Of a DNA stretch of 38,725 nt, positions 18,220-28,577 are shown one piece after another. The stretch comes from a phage. The stretch's first letter is position 1. The number at the start of each line of letters is the position of its first letter. The position numbers and the translations under genes are program-made. The notes below the pieces were generated by a model. It was not told the DNA's origin. It searched no databases and saw only the letters and a program-made list of their open reading frames with translations. The DNA is taken from sequence record PZ502562.2, one strand, 5' to 3'.

Positions 18220-19830
18220 ATGGCTGAGAAGCGTACAGGTCTAGCCGAGGAAGGAGCAAAGTCGGTCTATGAGCGATTGAAGAACGACCGTGCACCCTAT
18301 GAGACTCGCGCCCAAAACTGCGCTCAGTACACCATTCCGTCCCTCTTCCCTAAGGATTCCGATAACTCATCCACAGACTACACAACTCCGTGGCAAGCTG
18401 TTGGTGCTCGCGGTCTCAATAACTTGGCCTCTAAGCTCATGCTGGCTCTCTTCCCGATGCAAACGTGGATGAAACTGACCATCTCTGAATATGAGGCCAA
18501 ACAGTTACTGAACGACCCCGATGGACTCGCTAAGGTCGATGAGGGTCTCTCGATGGTAGAGCGTATCATCATGAACTACATTGAGTCTAACAGCTACCGA
18601 GTGACACTCTTTGAGGCGCTCAAGCAGTTAGTCGTAGCTGGGAACGTCCTACTGTACCTACCGGAACCAGAAGGGTCGAACTATAACCCCATGAAGCTGT
18701 ACCGATTGTCTTCTTATGTGGTCCAAAGAGACGCATTCGGCAACGTTCTGCAAATGGTGACTCGTGACCAGATAGCTTTTGGTGCTCTCCCTGAGGACAT
18801 CCGTAAGGCTGTAGAAGGTCAAGGCGGTGAGAAGAAACCTGATGAGACCATCGACGTGTACACTCACATCTATCTGGATGAGGACAAAGGTGAATACCTC
18901 CGGTACGAAGAGGTTGAAGGTATGGAGGTACAAGGCTCCGATGGGTCTTACCCTAAAGAGGCTTGCCCGTACATCCCGATTCGGATGGTTCGACTGGACG
19001 GCGAATCCTATGGTCGTTCGTACATTGAGGAATACTTAGGTGACTTACGGTCCCTTGAGAATCTCCAAGAGGCCATCGTTAAGATGTCAATGATTAGCTC
19101 TAAGGTTATCGGCTTAGTGAACCCTGCTGGCATCACCCAGCCACGCCGACTGACCAAAGCTCAGACTGGTGACTTCGTTACTGGTCGTCCAGAAGACATC
19201 TCGTTCCTCCAACTGGAGAAGCAAGCAGACTTTACCGTAGCCAAGGCTGTCAGTGACGCTATTGAGGCTCGCCTTTCGTTTGCCTTTATGTTGAACTCTG
19301 CGGTTCAGCGCACAGGTGAACGTGTGACCGCCGAAGAGATTCGGTACGTAGCTTCTGAACTTGAAGATACTTTAGGTGGTGTCTACTCCATCCTTTCTCA
19401 AGAATTACAATTGCCTCTGGTACGAGTGCTCTTGAAGCAACTACAAGCCACGCAACAGATTCCTGAGTTACCTAAGGAAGCCGTAGAGCCAACCATTAGT
19501 ACAGGTCTGGAAGCAATCGGTCGAGGACAAGACCTTGATAAGCTGGAGCGGTGTGTCACTGCGTGGGCTGCACTGGCGCCTATGCGCGATGACCCTGACA
19601 TCAACCTTGCAATTATTAAGTTGCGCATTGCGAACGCTATCGGTATTGACACTTCTGGTATTCTTCTCACCGAAGAACAGAAGCAACAGAAGATGGCTCA
19701 ACAGGCTATGCAAATGGGTATGGATAATGGTGCTGCGGCGCTAGGTCAAGGTATGGCTGCACAGGCTACAGCTTCACCTGAGGCTATGGCTGCTGCCGCT
19801 GATTCCGTAGGTTTACAGCCGGGCATTTAA
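18220..19830 (+). CDS. 8: Gene 8, portal (head-tail connector) protein (536 aa)
   Basis: Collinear with T7 gp8 and the same length. Confidence 0.98.
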   Translation: MAEKRTGLAEEGAKSVYERLKNDRAPYETRAQNCAQYTIPSLFPKDSDNSSTDYTTPWQAVGARGLNNLASKLMLALFPMQTWMKLTISEYEAKQLLNDPDGLAKVDEGLSMVERIIMNYIESNSYRVTLFEALKQLVVAGNVLLYLPEPEGSNYNPMKLYRLSSYVVQRDAFGNVLQMVTRDQIAFGALPEDIRKAVEGQGGEKKPDETIDVYTHIYLDEDKGEYLRYEEVEGMEVQGSDGSYPKEACPYIPIRMVRLDGESYGRSYIEEYLGDLRSLENLQEAIVKMSMISSKVIGLVNPAGITQPRRLTKAQTGDFVTGRPEDISFLQLEKQADFTVAKAVSDAIEARLSFAFMLNSAVQRTGERVTAEEIRYVASELEDTLGGVYSILSQELQLPLVRVLLKQLQATQQIPELPKEAVEPTISTGLEAIGRGQDLDKLERCVTAWAALAPMRDDPDINLAIIKLRIANAIGIDTSGILLTEEQKQQKMAQQAMQMGMDNGAAALGQGMAAQATASPEAMAAAADSVGLQPGI

Positions 19831-19850
19831 TACGACTCACTATAGGGAGA
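19828..19850 (+). promoter_or_regulatory. T7 class III promoter phi9
   Basis: taatacgactcactatagggaga. Confidence 0.95.
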
Positions 19851-19929
19851 CCTCATCTTTGAAATGAGCGATGACAAGAGGTTGGAGTCCTCGGTCTTCC
19901 TATAGTTTAACTTTAAGGAGACAATAATA

Positions 19930-20853
19930 ATGGCTGAATCTAATGCAGACGTATATGCATCTTTTGGCGTGAACTCCGCTGTGATGTCTGGTGGTTCCGT
20001 TGAGGAACATGAGCAGAATATGCTGGCTCTTGATGTTGCTGCCCGTGATGGCGATGATGCAATCGAGTTAGCGTCCGAAGAAGTGGAAACTGAGCGTGAC
20101 CTGTATGACAACTCTGACCCATTCGGTCAAGAGGACGATGAGGGGCGCATTCAGGTTCGTATTGGTGATGGCTCTGAGCCGACCGATGTGGACGCTGGAG
20201 AAGCAGACTTTGAGGGCACCGAAGGTTCCGAAGAGTTTACCCCGCTGGGTGAGACTCCAGAAGAACTGGTAGCTGCCTCTGAGCAACTTGGTGAGCACGA
20301 AGAAGGCTTCCAAGAGATGATTAACATTGCTGCCGAGCGTGGCATGAGTGCTGAGACAATTGAGGCTATCCAGCGTGAGTACGAGGAGAACGAAGAGTTG
20401 TCCGCTGAGTCCTACGCTAAGCTGGCTGAAATTGGCTACACGAAGGCTTTCATCGACTCGTACATCCGTGGTCAAGAAGCTCTGGTGGAGCAGTACGTAA
20501 ACAGTGTCATTGAGTACGCTGGTGGTCGTGAACGCTTTGACGCACTGTACAATCACCTTGAGACGCACAACCCTGAGGCTGCACAGTCGCTGGACAATGC
20601 GTTGACCAATCGTGACTTAGCGACCGTTAAGTCTATCATCAACTTGGCTGGTGAGTCTCGCGCTAAGGCGTTTGGTCGTAAGCCAACTCGTAGTGTGACT
20701 AGTCGAGCTATTCCGGCTAAACCTCAGGCTACCAAGCGTGAAGGCTTTGCGGACCGTAGCGAGATGATTAAAGCTATGAGCGACCCTCGGTATCGTACAG
20801 ATGCCAACTACCGTCGTCAAGTCGAACAGAAAGTAATCGATTCAAACTTCTGA
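19930..20853 (+). CDS. 9: Gene 9, capsid scaffolding protein (307 aa)
   Basis: Acidic and T7 gp9-like (MAESNADVYASFGVNSAVMSGGSVEEHEQNMLALDVAARDGDDAIELAS). Confidence 0.97.
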   Translation: MAESNADVYASFGVNSAVMSGGSVEEHEQNMLALDVAARDGDDAIELASEEVETERDLYDNSDPFGQEDDEGRIQVRIGDGSEPTDVDAGEADFEGTEGSEEFTPLGETPEELVAASEQLGEHEEGFQEMINIAAERGMSAETIEAIQREYEENEELSAESYAKLAEIGYTKAFIDSYIRGQEALVEQYVNSVIEYAGGRERFDALYNHLETHNPEAAQSLDNALTNRDLATVKSIINLAGESRAKAFGRKPTRSVTSRAIPAKPQATKREGFADRSEMIKAMSDPRYRTDANYRRQVEQKVIDSNF

Positions 20854-20865
20854 TAGACGCTAAAT

Positions 20866-20888
20866 TAATACGACTCACTATAGGGAGA
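20866..20888 (+). promoter_or_regulatory. T7 class III promoter phi10
   Basis: taatacgactcactatagggaga is followed by ccacaacggtttccctctagaaat and the strong RBS aagaaggaga. Confidence 0.97.
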
Positions 20889-20946
20889 CCACAACGGTTT
20901 CCCTCTAGAAATCATTCTTGTTTAACTTTAAGAAGGAGACATACAT

Positions 20947-21978
20947 ATGGCTAACATGACTGGTGGACAGCAACTGGGTACTAACCAAGGTAAAGGTGCG
21001 AGCGGTTCCGACAAACTGGCGCTGTTCCTGAAAGTATTCGGTGGTGAAGTCCTGACTGCATTCGCCCGCACCTCCGTGACTACCTCTCGTCACATGGTCC
21101 GCTCCATCTCCAGCGGCAAATCTGCTCAGTTCCCTGTTCTGGGTCGCACTCAGGCAGCGTATCTGGCTCCTGGTGAGAACCTAGACGATAAACGCAAAGA
21201 CATCAAGCACACCGAAAAGGTAATCACCATTGATGGTCTCCTGACGGCTGACGTTCTGATTTACGACATTGAGGACGCGATGAATCACTACGACGTTCGC
21301 TCTGAGTATACCTCTCAGTTGGGTGAATCTCTAGCGATGGCTGCTGATGGTGCAGTTCTGGCTGAGATTGCTGGTCTGTGTAACGTGGAAAGCCAATATG
21401 ATGAGAACATTGCAGGTCTGGGCACTGCCACTGTGATTGAGACCACTCAGAACAAGGCTACACTTACCGACCAAGTTGCGCTTGGTAAGGAGATTATTGC
21501 GGCTCTGACTAAGGCTCGTGCGGCTCTGACTAAGAACTATGTTCCGGCTTCTGACCGTGTGTTCTACTGTGACCCAGATAGCTACTCTGCGATTCTGGCA
21601 GCACTGATGCCGAACGCGGCAAACTACGCTGCTCTGATTGACCCTGAGAAGGGTTCTATCCGCAACGTTATGGGCTTTGAGGTTGTAGAGGTTCCACACC
21701 TGACAGCTGGTGGTGCGGGTACTGCCCGTGATGGTGTAACCGGTCAGAAGCACGCCTTCCCTGCCTCTAAGAGTGGTAACTACAAGGTGGCTAAAGACAA
21801 CGTTATCGGCCTGTTCATGCATCGTTCTGCGGTTGGTACTGTGAAGCTGCGTGACTTGGCTCTGGAACGCGCTCGTCGAGCTAACTTCCAAGCTGACCAA
21901 ATCATCGCTAAGTACGCAATGGGTCACGGTGGTCTGCGCCCAGAAGCTGCTGGTGCAGTGGTTTTCAAGGTGGAGTAA
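20947..21978 (+). CDS. 10A: Gene 10A, major capsid protein (343 aa)
   Basis: MA.MTGGQQ.GTNQGKG...DKLALFLKVFGGEVLTAFARTSVTTSRHMVRSISSGKSAQFPVLGRTQAAYLAPGENLDD is T7 gp10A-like. Confidence 0.99.
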   Translation: MANMTGGQQLGTNQGKGASGSDKLALFLKVFGGEVLTAFARTSVTTSRHMVRSISSGKSAQFPVLGRTQAAYLAPGENLDDKRKDIKHTEKVITIDGLLTADVLIYDIEDAMNHYDVRSEYTSQLGESLAMAADGAVLAEIAGLCNVESQYDENIAGLGTATVIETTQNKATLTDQVALGKEIIAALTKARAALTKNYVPASDRVFYCDPDSYSAILAALMPNAANYAALIDPEKGSIRNVMGFEVVEVPHLTAGGAGTARDGVTGQKHAFPASKSGNYKVAKDNVIGLFMHRSAVGTVKLRDLALERARRANFQADQIIAKYAMGHGGLRPEAAGAVVFKVE

Positions 21979-22130
21979 TGCAGGAAGTGACCTCAACGGT
22001 CGCTGCTAGTCCCGAAGAGGTGAGCATTACTGCCGAAGAGAGTCTAACGCCAGCACAGAAAGCTGCCCGTACACGCGCTGCTAACAAAGCCCGAAAGGAA
22101 GCTGAATTGGCTGCTGGTACTGACGAGTAA
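20947..22130 (+). CDS. 10B: Gene 10B, minor capsid protein made by -1 ribosomal frameshifting near 21960-21966
   Basis: The slippery G GTT TTC sits at 21960-21966. The -1 frame stays open and reads FQGGVMQEVTSTVAASPEEVSITAEESLTPAQKAARTRAANKARKEAELAAGTDE with a stop at 22128-22130, parallel to the T7 10B extension. Confidence 0.8.
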
Positions 22131-22178
22131 CTAGCATAACCCCTTGGGGCCTCTAAACGGGTCTTGAGGGGTTTTTTG
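22131..22178 (+). terminator. Tphi, T7 RNAP terminator
   Basis: ctagcataaccccttggggcctctaaacgggtcttgaggggttttttg is identical to the classical T7 terminator hairpin plus U-run. Confidence 0.97.
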
Positions 22179-22195
22179 CTTAAAGGAGGAACTAT

Positions 22196-22786
22196 ATGCG
22201 CTCATACGATATGAACGTTGAGACCGCTGCTGAGTTATCCGCTGTTAATGACATTCTGGCATCTATCGGTGAACCTCCGGTATCAACGCTGGAAGGTGAC
22301 GCTAACGCGGATGTAGCGAACGCTCGGCGTATTCTCAACAAGATTAACAGGCAGATTCAGTCGCGTGGCTGGACGTTCAACATTGAGGAAGGTATTACGC
22401 TTCTGCCAGATGTTTACTCCAACCTGATTGTATATAGCGATGACTACCTGTCACTAATGGCTACTTCCGGTCAATCCATCTACGTGAACCGAGGTGGCTA
22501 CGTCTATGACCGAACAAGTCAATCAGACCGCTTTGAGTCCGGTATTACCGTGAACATTATTCGTCTCCGAGACTACGATGAGATGCCTGAGTGCTTCCGT
22601 TACTGGATTGTCACTAAGGCTTCCCGTCAGTTCAACAACCGATTCTTTGGGGCACCAGAAGTAGAGGGTGTACTCCAAGAAGAGGAAGATGAGGCTAGAC
22701 GTCTCTGTATGGAGTACGAAGTGGATTACGGCGGTTACAACATGCTGGATGGTGATGCGTTCACTTCTGGTCTACTGACTCGCTAA
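22196..22786 (+). CDS. 11: Gene 11, tail tubular protein A (gatekeeper/adaptor) (196 aa)
   Basis: T7 gp11-like and the same length. Confidence 0.97.
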   Translation: MRSYDMNVETAAELSAVNDILASIGEPPVSTLEGDANADVANARRILNKINRQIQSRGWTFNIEEGITLLPDVYSNLIVYSDDYLSLMATSGQSIYVNRGGYVYDRTSQSDRFESGITVNIIRLRDYDEMPECFRYWIVTKASRQFNNRFFGAPEVEGVLQEEEDEARRLCMEYEVDYGGYNMLDGDAFTSGLLTR

Positions 22787-22806
22787 TAATCAATAAGGAG
22801 GCTCTA

Positions 22807-25191
22807 ATGGCACTCATTAGCCAATCAATCAAGAACTTGAAGGGTGGTATCAGTCAACAGCCTGACATCCTTCGTTATCCAGACCAAGGGTCACGCCAAG
22901 TTAACGGTTGGTCTTCGGAGACCGAGGGCCTCCAAAAGCGTCCACCTCTGGTCTTCTTAAAGACCCTTGGAGACAGCGGTGCGTTAGGCCAAGCTCCGTA
23001 CATCCACCTGATTAACCGTGATGAGAACGAACAGTATTACGCTGTGTTCACTGGTAGTGGAATCAGAGTGTTCGACCTTGCTGGTAACGAGAAGCAAGTT
23101 AGGTATCCTAACGGTTCCAACTACATCAAGACAGCTCAGCCACGTAACGACCTGCGGATGGTTACTGTAGCAGACTATACGTTCATCGTTAACCGTAACG
23201 TTGTTGTACAGAAGAACCAAAATTCTGTCAACTTACCGAATTACAACCCTAAGCAAGACGGATTGATTAACGTTCGTGGTGGTCAGTATGGTAGGGAACT
23301 AATTGTACACATTAACGGTAAAGACGTTGCGAAGTATAAAATCCCAGATGGTAGTCAACCTGCACACGTAAATAATACGGATGCCCAATGGTTAGCCGAA
23401 GAGTTAGCCAAGCAGATGCGCACTAACTTATCTGGTTGGACTGTAAGTGTAGGGCAAGGGTTCATCCATGTAACCGCACCAAGCGGTCAACAGATTAACT
23501 CCTTCACGACTAAAGATGGCTACGCAGACCAGTTGATTAACCCTGTTACCCACTACGCTCAGTCGTTCTCTAAGTTACCACCTAATGCTCCTAACGGCTA
23601 CATGGTTAAAATCGTAGGGGACGCCTCTAAGTCTGCCGACCAGTATTACGTTAAGTATGACGCTGAGCGGAAAGTTTGGGCTGAGACTTTAGGTTGGAAC
23701 ACTGAGAACCAAGTTCTATGGGAAACCATGCCACACGCTCTTGTGCGAGCCGCTGACGGGAATTTCGACTTCAAGTGGCTTGAGTGGTCTCCTAAGTCTT
23801 GTGGTGACGTTGACACTAACCCTTGGCCTTCTTTTGTTGGCTCAAGTATCAACGATGTGTTCTTCTTCCGTAACCGCTTAGGATTACTTAGTGGGGAGAA
23901 CATCATATTGAGTCGTACAGCCAAATACTTCAACTTCTACCCTGCGTCCATTGCTAACCTTAGTGATGACGATCCTATAGACGTAGCTGTGAGTACCAAC
24001 CGAATAGCAATCCTTAAGTACGCCGTTCCGTTCTCAGAAGAGTTACTCATCTGGTCCGATGAAGCACAATTCGTACTGACTGCTTCTGGAACTCTCACGG
24101 CTAGGTCGGTTGAGTTGAACCTAACGACTCAGTTTGATGTGCAGGACCAAGCGAGACCTTATGGGATTGGGCGTAACGTCTACTTTGCCAGTCCGAGGTC
24201 CAGCTACACGTCCATCCACAGATACTACGCCGTGCAGGATGTCAGTTCCGTTAAGAACGCTGAGGACATTACAGCACATGTTCCTAACTACATCCCTAAT
24301 GGTGTGTTCAGCATTTGCGGTAGTGGCACTGAAAACTTCTGTTCGGTACTATCTCATGGGGACCCAAGCAAAATCTTCATGTACAAATTCCTGTACCTGA
24401 ATGAAGAGTTACGACAACAGTCGTGGTCACATTGGGACTTTGGGGAAAACGTGCAGGTTCTAGCTTGTCAGAGTATAAGCTCCGATATGTATGTGATTCT
24501 TCGCAATGAGTTCAATACGTTCCTAGCTAGAATCTCTTTCACTAAGAACGCCATTGACTTACAAGGTGAGCCTTATCGTGCCTTTATGGACATGAAGATT
24601 CGCTACACGATTCCTAGTGGAACATACAACGATGATATATTCACTACCGCTATCCATATTCCTACTATTTATGGTGCAAACTTCGGTAGGGGCAAAATCA
24701 CTGTATTGGAGCCTGACGGTAAGATAACAGTATTCGAGCAACCTACGGCTGGATGGCAAAGTGACCCTTGGCTGAGACTCAACGGTAACTTAGAGGGACG
24801 CATGGTGTACATTGGGTTCAACATTAACTTCGTCTATGAGTTCTCTAAGTTTCTCATCAAGCAGACTGCCGACGATGGGTCAACCTCAACGGAAGACATT
24901 GGTCGCTTGCAGTTACGCCGAGCGTGGGTTAACTATGAGGAGTCTGGTACGTTTGACATTTATGTTGAGAACCAATCATCCAACTGGAAGTATACGATGG
25001 CTGGTGCTCGCTTAGGCTCTAACACTCTGAGGGCTGGGCGATTGAACTTAGGGACAGGACAATACCGATTCCCTGTGGTTGGTAACGCCAAGTTCAATAC
25101 AGTGTCTATCTTGTCAGATGAGACTACCCCGCTGAACATCATTGGTTGTGGCTGGGAAGGTAACTACTTACGGAGAAGTTCCGGTATTTAA
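22807..25191 (+). CDS. 12: Gene 12, tail tubular protein B (nozzle) (794 aa)
   Basis: T7 gp12-like (MALISQSIKNLKGGISQQPDILRYPDQGSRQVNGWSSETEGLQKRPP) and the same length. Confidence 0.98.
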   Translation: MALISQSIKNLKGGISQQPDILRYPDQGSRQVNGWSSETEGLQKRPPLVFLKTLGDSGALGQAPYIHLINRDENEQYYAVFTGSGIRVFDLAGNEKQVRYPNGSNYIKTAQPRNDLRMVTVADYTFIVNRNVVVQKNQNSVNLPNYNPKQDGLINVRGGQYGRELIVHINGKDVAKYKIPDGSQPAHVNNTDAQWLAEELAKQMRTNLSGWTVSVGQGFIHVTAPSGQQINSFTTKDGYADQLINPVTHYAQSFSKLPPNAPNGYMVKIVGDASKSADQYYVKYDAERKVWAETLGWNTENQVLWETMPHALVRAADGNFDFKWLEWSPKSCGDVDTNPWPSFVGSSINDVFFFRNRLGLLSGENIILSRTAKYFNFYPASIANLSDDDPIDVAVSTNRIAILKYAVPFSEELLIWSDEAQFVLTASGTLTARSVELNLTTQFDVQDQARPYGIGRNVYFASPRSSYTSIHRYYAVQDVSSVKNAEDITAHVPNYIPNGVFSICGSGTENFCSVLSHGDPSKIFMYKFLYLNEELRQQSWSHWDFGENVQVLACQSISSDMYVILRNEFNTFLARISFTKNAIDLQGEPYRAFMDMKIRYTIPSGTYNDDIFTTAIHIPTIYGANFGRGKITVLEPDGKITVFEQPTAGWQSDPWLRLNGNLEGRMVYIGFNINFVYEFSKFLIKQTADDGSTSTEDIGRLQLRRAWVNYEESGTFDIYVENQSSNWKYTMAGARLGSNTLRAGRLNLGTGQYRFPVVGNAKFNTVSILSDETTPLNIIGCGWEGNYLRRSSGI

Positions 25192-25221
25192 TTAAACGTT
25201 CTCCCTGTGGTGGCTCGAAAT

Positions 25222-25244
25222 TAATACGACTCACTATAGGGAGA
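25222..25244 (+). promoter_or_regulatory. T7 class III promoter phi13
   Basis: taatacgactcactatagggaga. Confidence 0.95.
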
Positions 25245-25271
25245 ACAATACGACTACGGGAGGGTTTTCTT

Positions 25272-25688
25272 ATGATGATTATAAGACCTACTAAAAGTAC
25301 AGACTTTGAGGTATTCACTCCGGCTCACCATGACATTCTTGAAGCTAAGGCTGCTGGTATTGAGCCGAGTTTCCCTGATGCTTCCGAGTGTGTCACGTTG
25401 AGCCTCTATGGGTTCCCTCTAGCTATCGGTGGTAACTGTGGGGACCAGTGCTGGTTCGTTACGAGTGACCAAGTGTGGCGACTTAGTGGAAAAGCTAAGC
25501 GAGAGTTCCGTAAGTTAATCATGGAGTATCGCGATAAGATGCTTGAGAAGTATGATACGCTTTGGAATTACGTATGGGTAGGCAATACGTCCCACATTCG
25601 TTTCCTCAAGACTATCGGTGCGGTATTCCATGAAGAGTACACACGAGATGGTCAATTTCAATTATTTACAATAACGAAAGGAGGATAA
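25272..25688 (+). CDS. 13: Gene 13, internal virion protein A (138 aa)
   Basis: Nearly identical to T7 gp13. Confidence 0.96.
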   Translation: MMIIRPTKSTDFEVFTPAHHDILEAKAAGIEPSFPDASECVTLSLYGFPLAIGGNCGDQCWFVTSDQVWRLSGKAKREFRKLIMEYRDKMLEKYDTLWNYVWVGNTSHIRFLKTIGAVFHEEYTRDGQFQLFTITKGG

Positions 25689-25692
25689 CCAT

Positions 25693-26283
25693 ATGTGTTG
25701 GGCAGCCGCAATTCCTATCGCTATAGCTGGCGCTCAGGCTATCAGTGGTCAGAACGCTCAGGCCAAAATGATTGCCGCTCAGACCGCTGCTGGTCGTCGT
25801 CAAGCTATGGAAATCATGAAGCAGACGAACATTCAGAATGCTGACCTATCGTTGCAAGCTCGAAGTAAACTTGAGGAAGCGTCCGCTGAGTTGACCTCGC
25901 AGAACATGCAGAAGGTCCAAGCTATGGGGTCTATCCGAGCGGCTATCGGAGAAAGTATGCTTGAAGGTTCCTCAATGGACCGAATTAAGCGAGTCACAGA
26001 AGGGCAGTTCATTCGGGAAGCAAATATGGTAACTGAGAACTACCGCCGTGACTACCAAGCTATCTTCGCACAGCAACTTGGTGGCACTCAGAGTTCTGCA
26101 AGCCAGATTGACGAAATCTATAAGGGCGAACAGAAACAGAAGAGTAAGCTACAGATGGTTCTGGACCCACTGGCTATCATGGGGTCTTCCGCTGCGAGTG
26201 CTTACGCATCCGGTGCGTTCGACTCCAAGCCCACAACTAAGGCACCTATTGTTGCCGCTAAAGGAACCAAGACGGGGAGGTAA
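25693..26283 (+). CDS. 14: Gene 14, internal virion protein B (ejected core protein) (196 aa)
   Basis: Nearly identical to T7 gp14 (MCWAAAIPIAI.GAQAISGQNAQAKMIAAQTAAGRRQAMEIM). Confidence 0.97.
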   Translation: MCWAAAIPIAIAGAQAISGQNAQAKMIAAQTAAGRRQAMEIMKQTNIQNADLSLQARSKLEEASAELTSQNMQKVQAMGSIRAAIGESMLEGSSMDRIKRVTEGQFIREANMVTENYRRDYQAIFAQQLGGTQSSASQIDEIYKGEQKQKSKLQMVLDPLAIMGSSAASAYASGAFDSKPTTKAPIVAAKGTKTGR

Positions 26284-26289
26284 TGAACT

Positions 26290-28551
26290 ATGAGTAAGAT
26301 TGAATCTGCCCTCCAAGCGGTACAACCGGGACTCTCTCGGTTACGTGGTGGGACTGGTGGTATGGGCTATCGTGCAGCAACCACTCAGGCTGAGCAACCA
26401 AAGTCAAGTCTATTGGACACCATTGGTCGGTTCGCTAAGGCTGGTGCTGATATGTACGCCGCTAAGGAGCAACGAGCACGAGACCTAGCCGATGAGCGCT
26501 CAAACGAGATTATCCGTAAGCTGACTCCTGAGCAACGCCGAGAGGCTCTCAACAAAGGAACACTTCTGTATCAGGATGACCCATACGCTATGGAAGCACT
26601 GCGAGTCAAGACTGGTCGTAACGCCGCGTACCTTGTGGACGATGACGTTATGCAGAAGATTAAAGAGGGTAAATTCCGTACTCGTGAAGCGATGGAAGAG
26701 TATCGTCATAGTCGTCTTCAAGAGGGCGCTAAGTCATACGCTGAGCAGTTCGGTATCGACCCTGATGACGTTGACTATCAGCGTGGTTTCAATGGGGATA
26801 TTACTGAGCGTAACATCTCACTGTATGGGGCACATGATAGCTTCTTGAGCCAGCAAGCTCAGAAGGGTGCAATCATGAACAGCCGAGTGGAACTCAACGG
26901 TGTCCTTCAAGACCCTGACATGCTTCGCCGCCCAGACTCTGCTGACTTCTTTGAGAAGTACATCGACAATGGTCTGGTCACTGGGGCAATCCCATCTGAC
27001 GCTCAAGCCACACAGCTTATAAGCCAAGCGTTCAGTGACGCTTCTAGCCGTGCTGGTGGTGCTGACTTCCTGATGCGGGTTGGTGACAAGAAGGTAACAC
27101 TTAACGGTGCCACTACTACCTATAAGGAACTTATGGGCGAAGAGCAGTGGAATGCCCTTATGGTGACAGCCCAGAGAGCACAATACGACAACGATGCGAA
27201 ACTGAACGAGAAGTTTCAACTAGATGTCAACTCTGCGTTGTTCGTAGACGACCCTCGTGTTGGTTGGGAGAAGCTCCAAGGAATCAAGGCTGAGCTAGAT
27301 AAATACCAGCCGGGAGAGCAGATGACCCCTCAACGCGCCACGCTTATAGAGGCCCAGAAGCAACTAAGAGCCAAGATGGTAGAGTGGGCCAAGAACGAGG
27401 CCAAAGCACTTGATGAGGCTCAGAAGGCCGATAATAAGTTTAGGGTTATTGACGCTCAGTATCAGAAGCGAATCAACGGAGAGTGGGTCTCTACGGACTT
27501 TAAGGACATGCCTACAAACGATAACACTGGGGAGTTCAAGCATAGCGACATTGTAAACTACGCTAACAAGAAGCTGGCAGACATAGACGCTATGGACATC
27601 CCAGATGGAGCAAAAGATAGACTCAAACTACAGTACCTGCAATCAGACTCTAAGGACGGGCCTTTCAGGACTGCCATAGGAACGATGGTTCAAGATGCGG
27701 CTCAGGAGTGGTCTTCTTCTGTGATGAACGGTAAGTTAGCAGATAAGACTCCAGCGATGGATGCCTTACGTAGAATCCGTAACGCAGACCCATACCTAAT
27801 AGCGGCACTGTACCCTGAGCAGGCTGAGCTATTCTTGACGATGGACTTAGCTGACCGACAGGGTGTTGATGTGCAGGAGTTGATTGATGCTGAACGTCAG
27901 ATTGCTACACGTTCTAAGGAGCAACGATTCGAAGATGATATAGCCTTTGAGAAATCACTTAATGACTCTAAAGTTCCAGAGATAGCTAATATGCCGACAG
28001 AACTACGGGGGCTTGCTCGTAAGATTTATGACTCGGTTAAGTACCGCACCAACAACGTTGACATGGCTATGACCGAGATGCAGAAGCTCCTTAAGGAGTC
28101 CACTACTACCTTTAACGATGATAGCCCAGACAACGAGGGAGTCATTGGGGTAATTCCGAGGAACTATCTACAGGTAAACGATGACCCTAAATCTTGGAAG
28201 CAAGGTAAGGATATTATCGACGCTGCCCTTAAAGGAATCATAGCGGCTAACCCAAGTATGGCCTCTGATAAGATGACCGTATCGGTAATCGGGAAGTCTA
28301 TCTACATCATGCCAACTACGGGGACTGGTCCACGGGTTCGTTACGACAAGGAGATGTTGTCCAAGGTCTGGAAGGAAACACAAGAGCGTCTCGCAACGGA
28401 AGCCGTTGAGAAGGCCCGTGATAAAGCTATGGCTGATGCCAACAAGCGAGCACCTATAGTCGCCGCTAAGAAAGCTCGTGAGGCTGGCGCTAAACGAGTC
28501 CGAGATAAACGTAAACAGACTCCGAAGTTCATCTATGGACGCAAGGAGTAA
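26290..28551 (+). CDS. 15: Gene 15, internal virion protein C (753 aa)
   Basis: T7 gp15-like at both ends, with a more divergent middle. Confidence 0.97.
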   Translation: MSKIESALQAVQPGLSRLRGGTGGMGYRAATTQAEQPKSSLLDTIGRFAKAGADMYAAKEQRARDLADERSNEIIRKLTPEQRREALNKGTLLYQDDPYAMEALRVKTGRNAAYLVDDDVMQKIKEGKFRTREAMEEYRHSRLQEGAKSYAEQFGIDPDDVDYQRGFNGDITERNISLYGAHDSFLSQQAQKGAIMNSRVELNGVLQDPDMLRRPDSADFFEKYIDNGLVTGAIPSDAQATQLISQAFSDASSRAGGADFLMRVGDKKVTLNGATTTYKELMGEEQWNALMVTAQRAQYDNDAKLNEKFQLDVNSALFVDDPRVGWEKLQGIKAELDKYQPGEQMTPQRATLIEAQKQLRAKMVEWAKNEAKALDEAQKADNKFRVIDAQYQKRINGEWVSTDFKDMPTNDNTGEFKHSDIVNYANKKLADIDAMDIPDGAKDRLKLQYLQSDSKDGPFRTAIGTMVQDAAQEWSSSVMNGKLADKTPAMDALRRIRNADPYLIAALYPEQAELFLTMDLADRQGVDVQELIDAERQIATRSKEQRFEDDIAFEKSLNDSKVPEIANMPTELRGLARKIYDSVKYRTNNVDMAMTEMQKLLKESTTTFNDDSPDNEGVIGVIPRNYLQVNDDPKSWKQGKDIIDAALKGIIAANPSMASDKMTVSVIGKSIYIMPTTGTGPRVRYDKEMLSKVWKETQERLATEAVEKARDKAMADANKRAPIVAAKKAREAGAKRVRDKRKQTPKFIYGRKE

Positions 28552-28577
28552 CTAAAGGCTACATAAGGAGGCCCTAA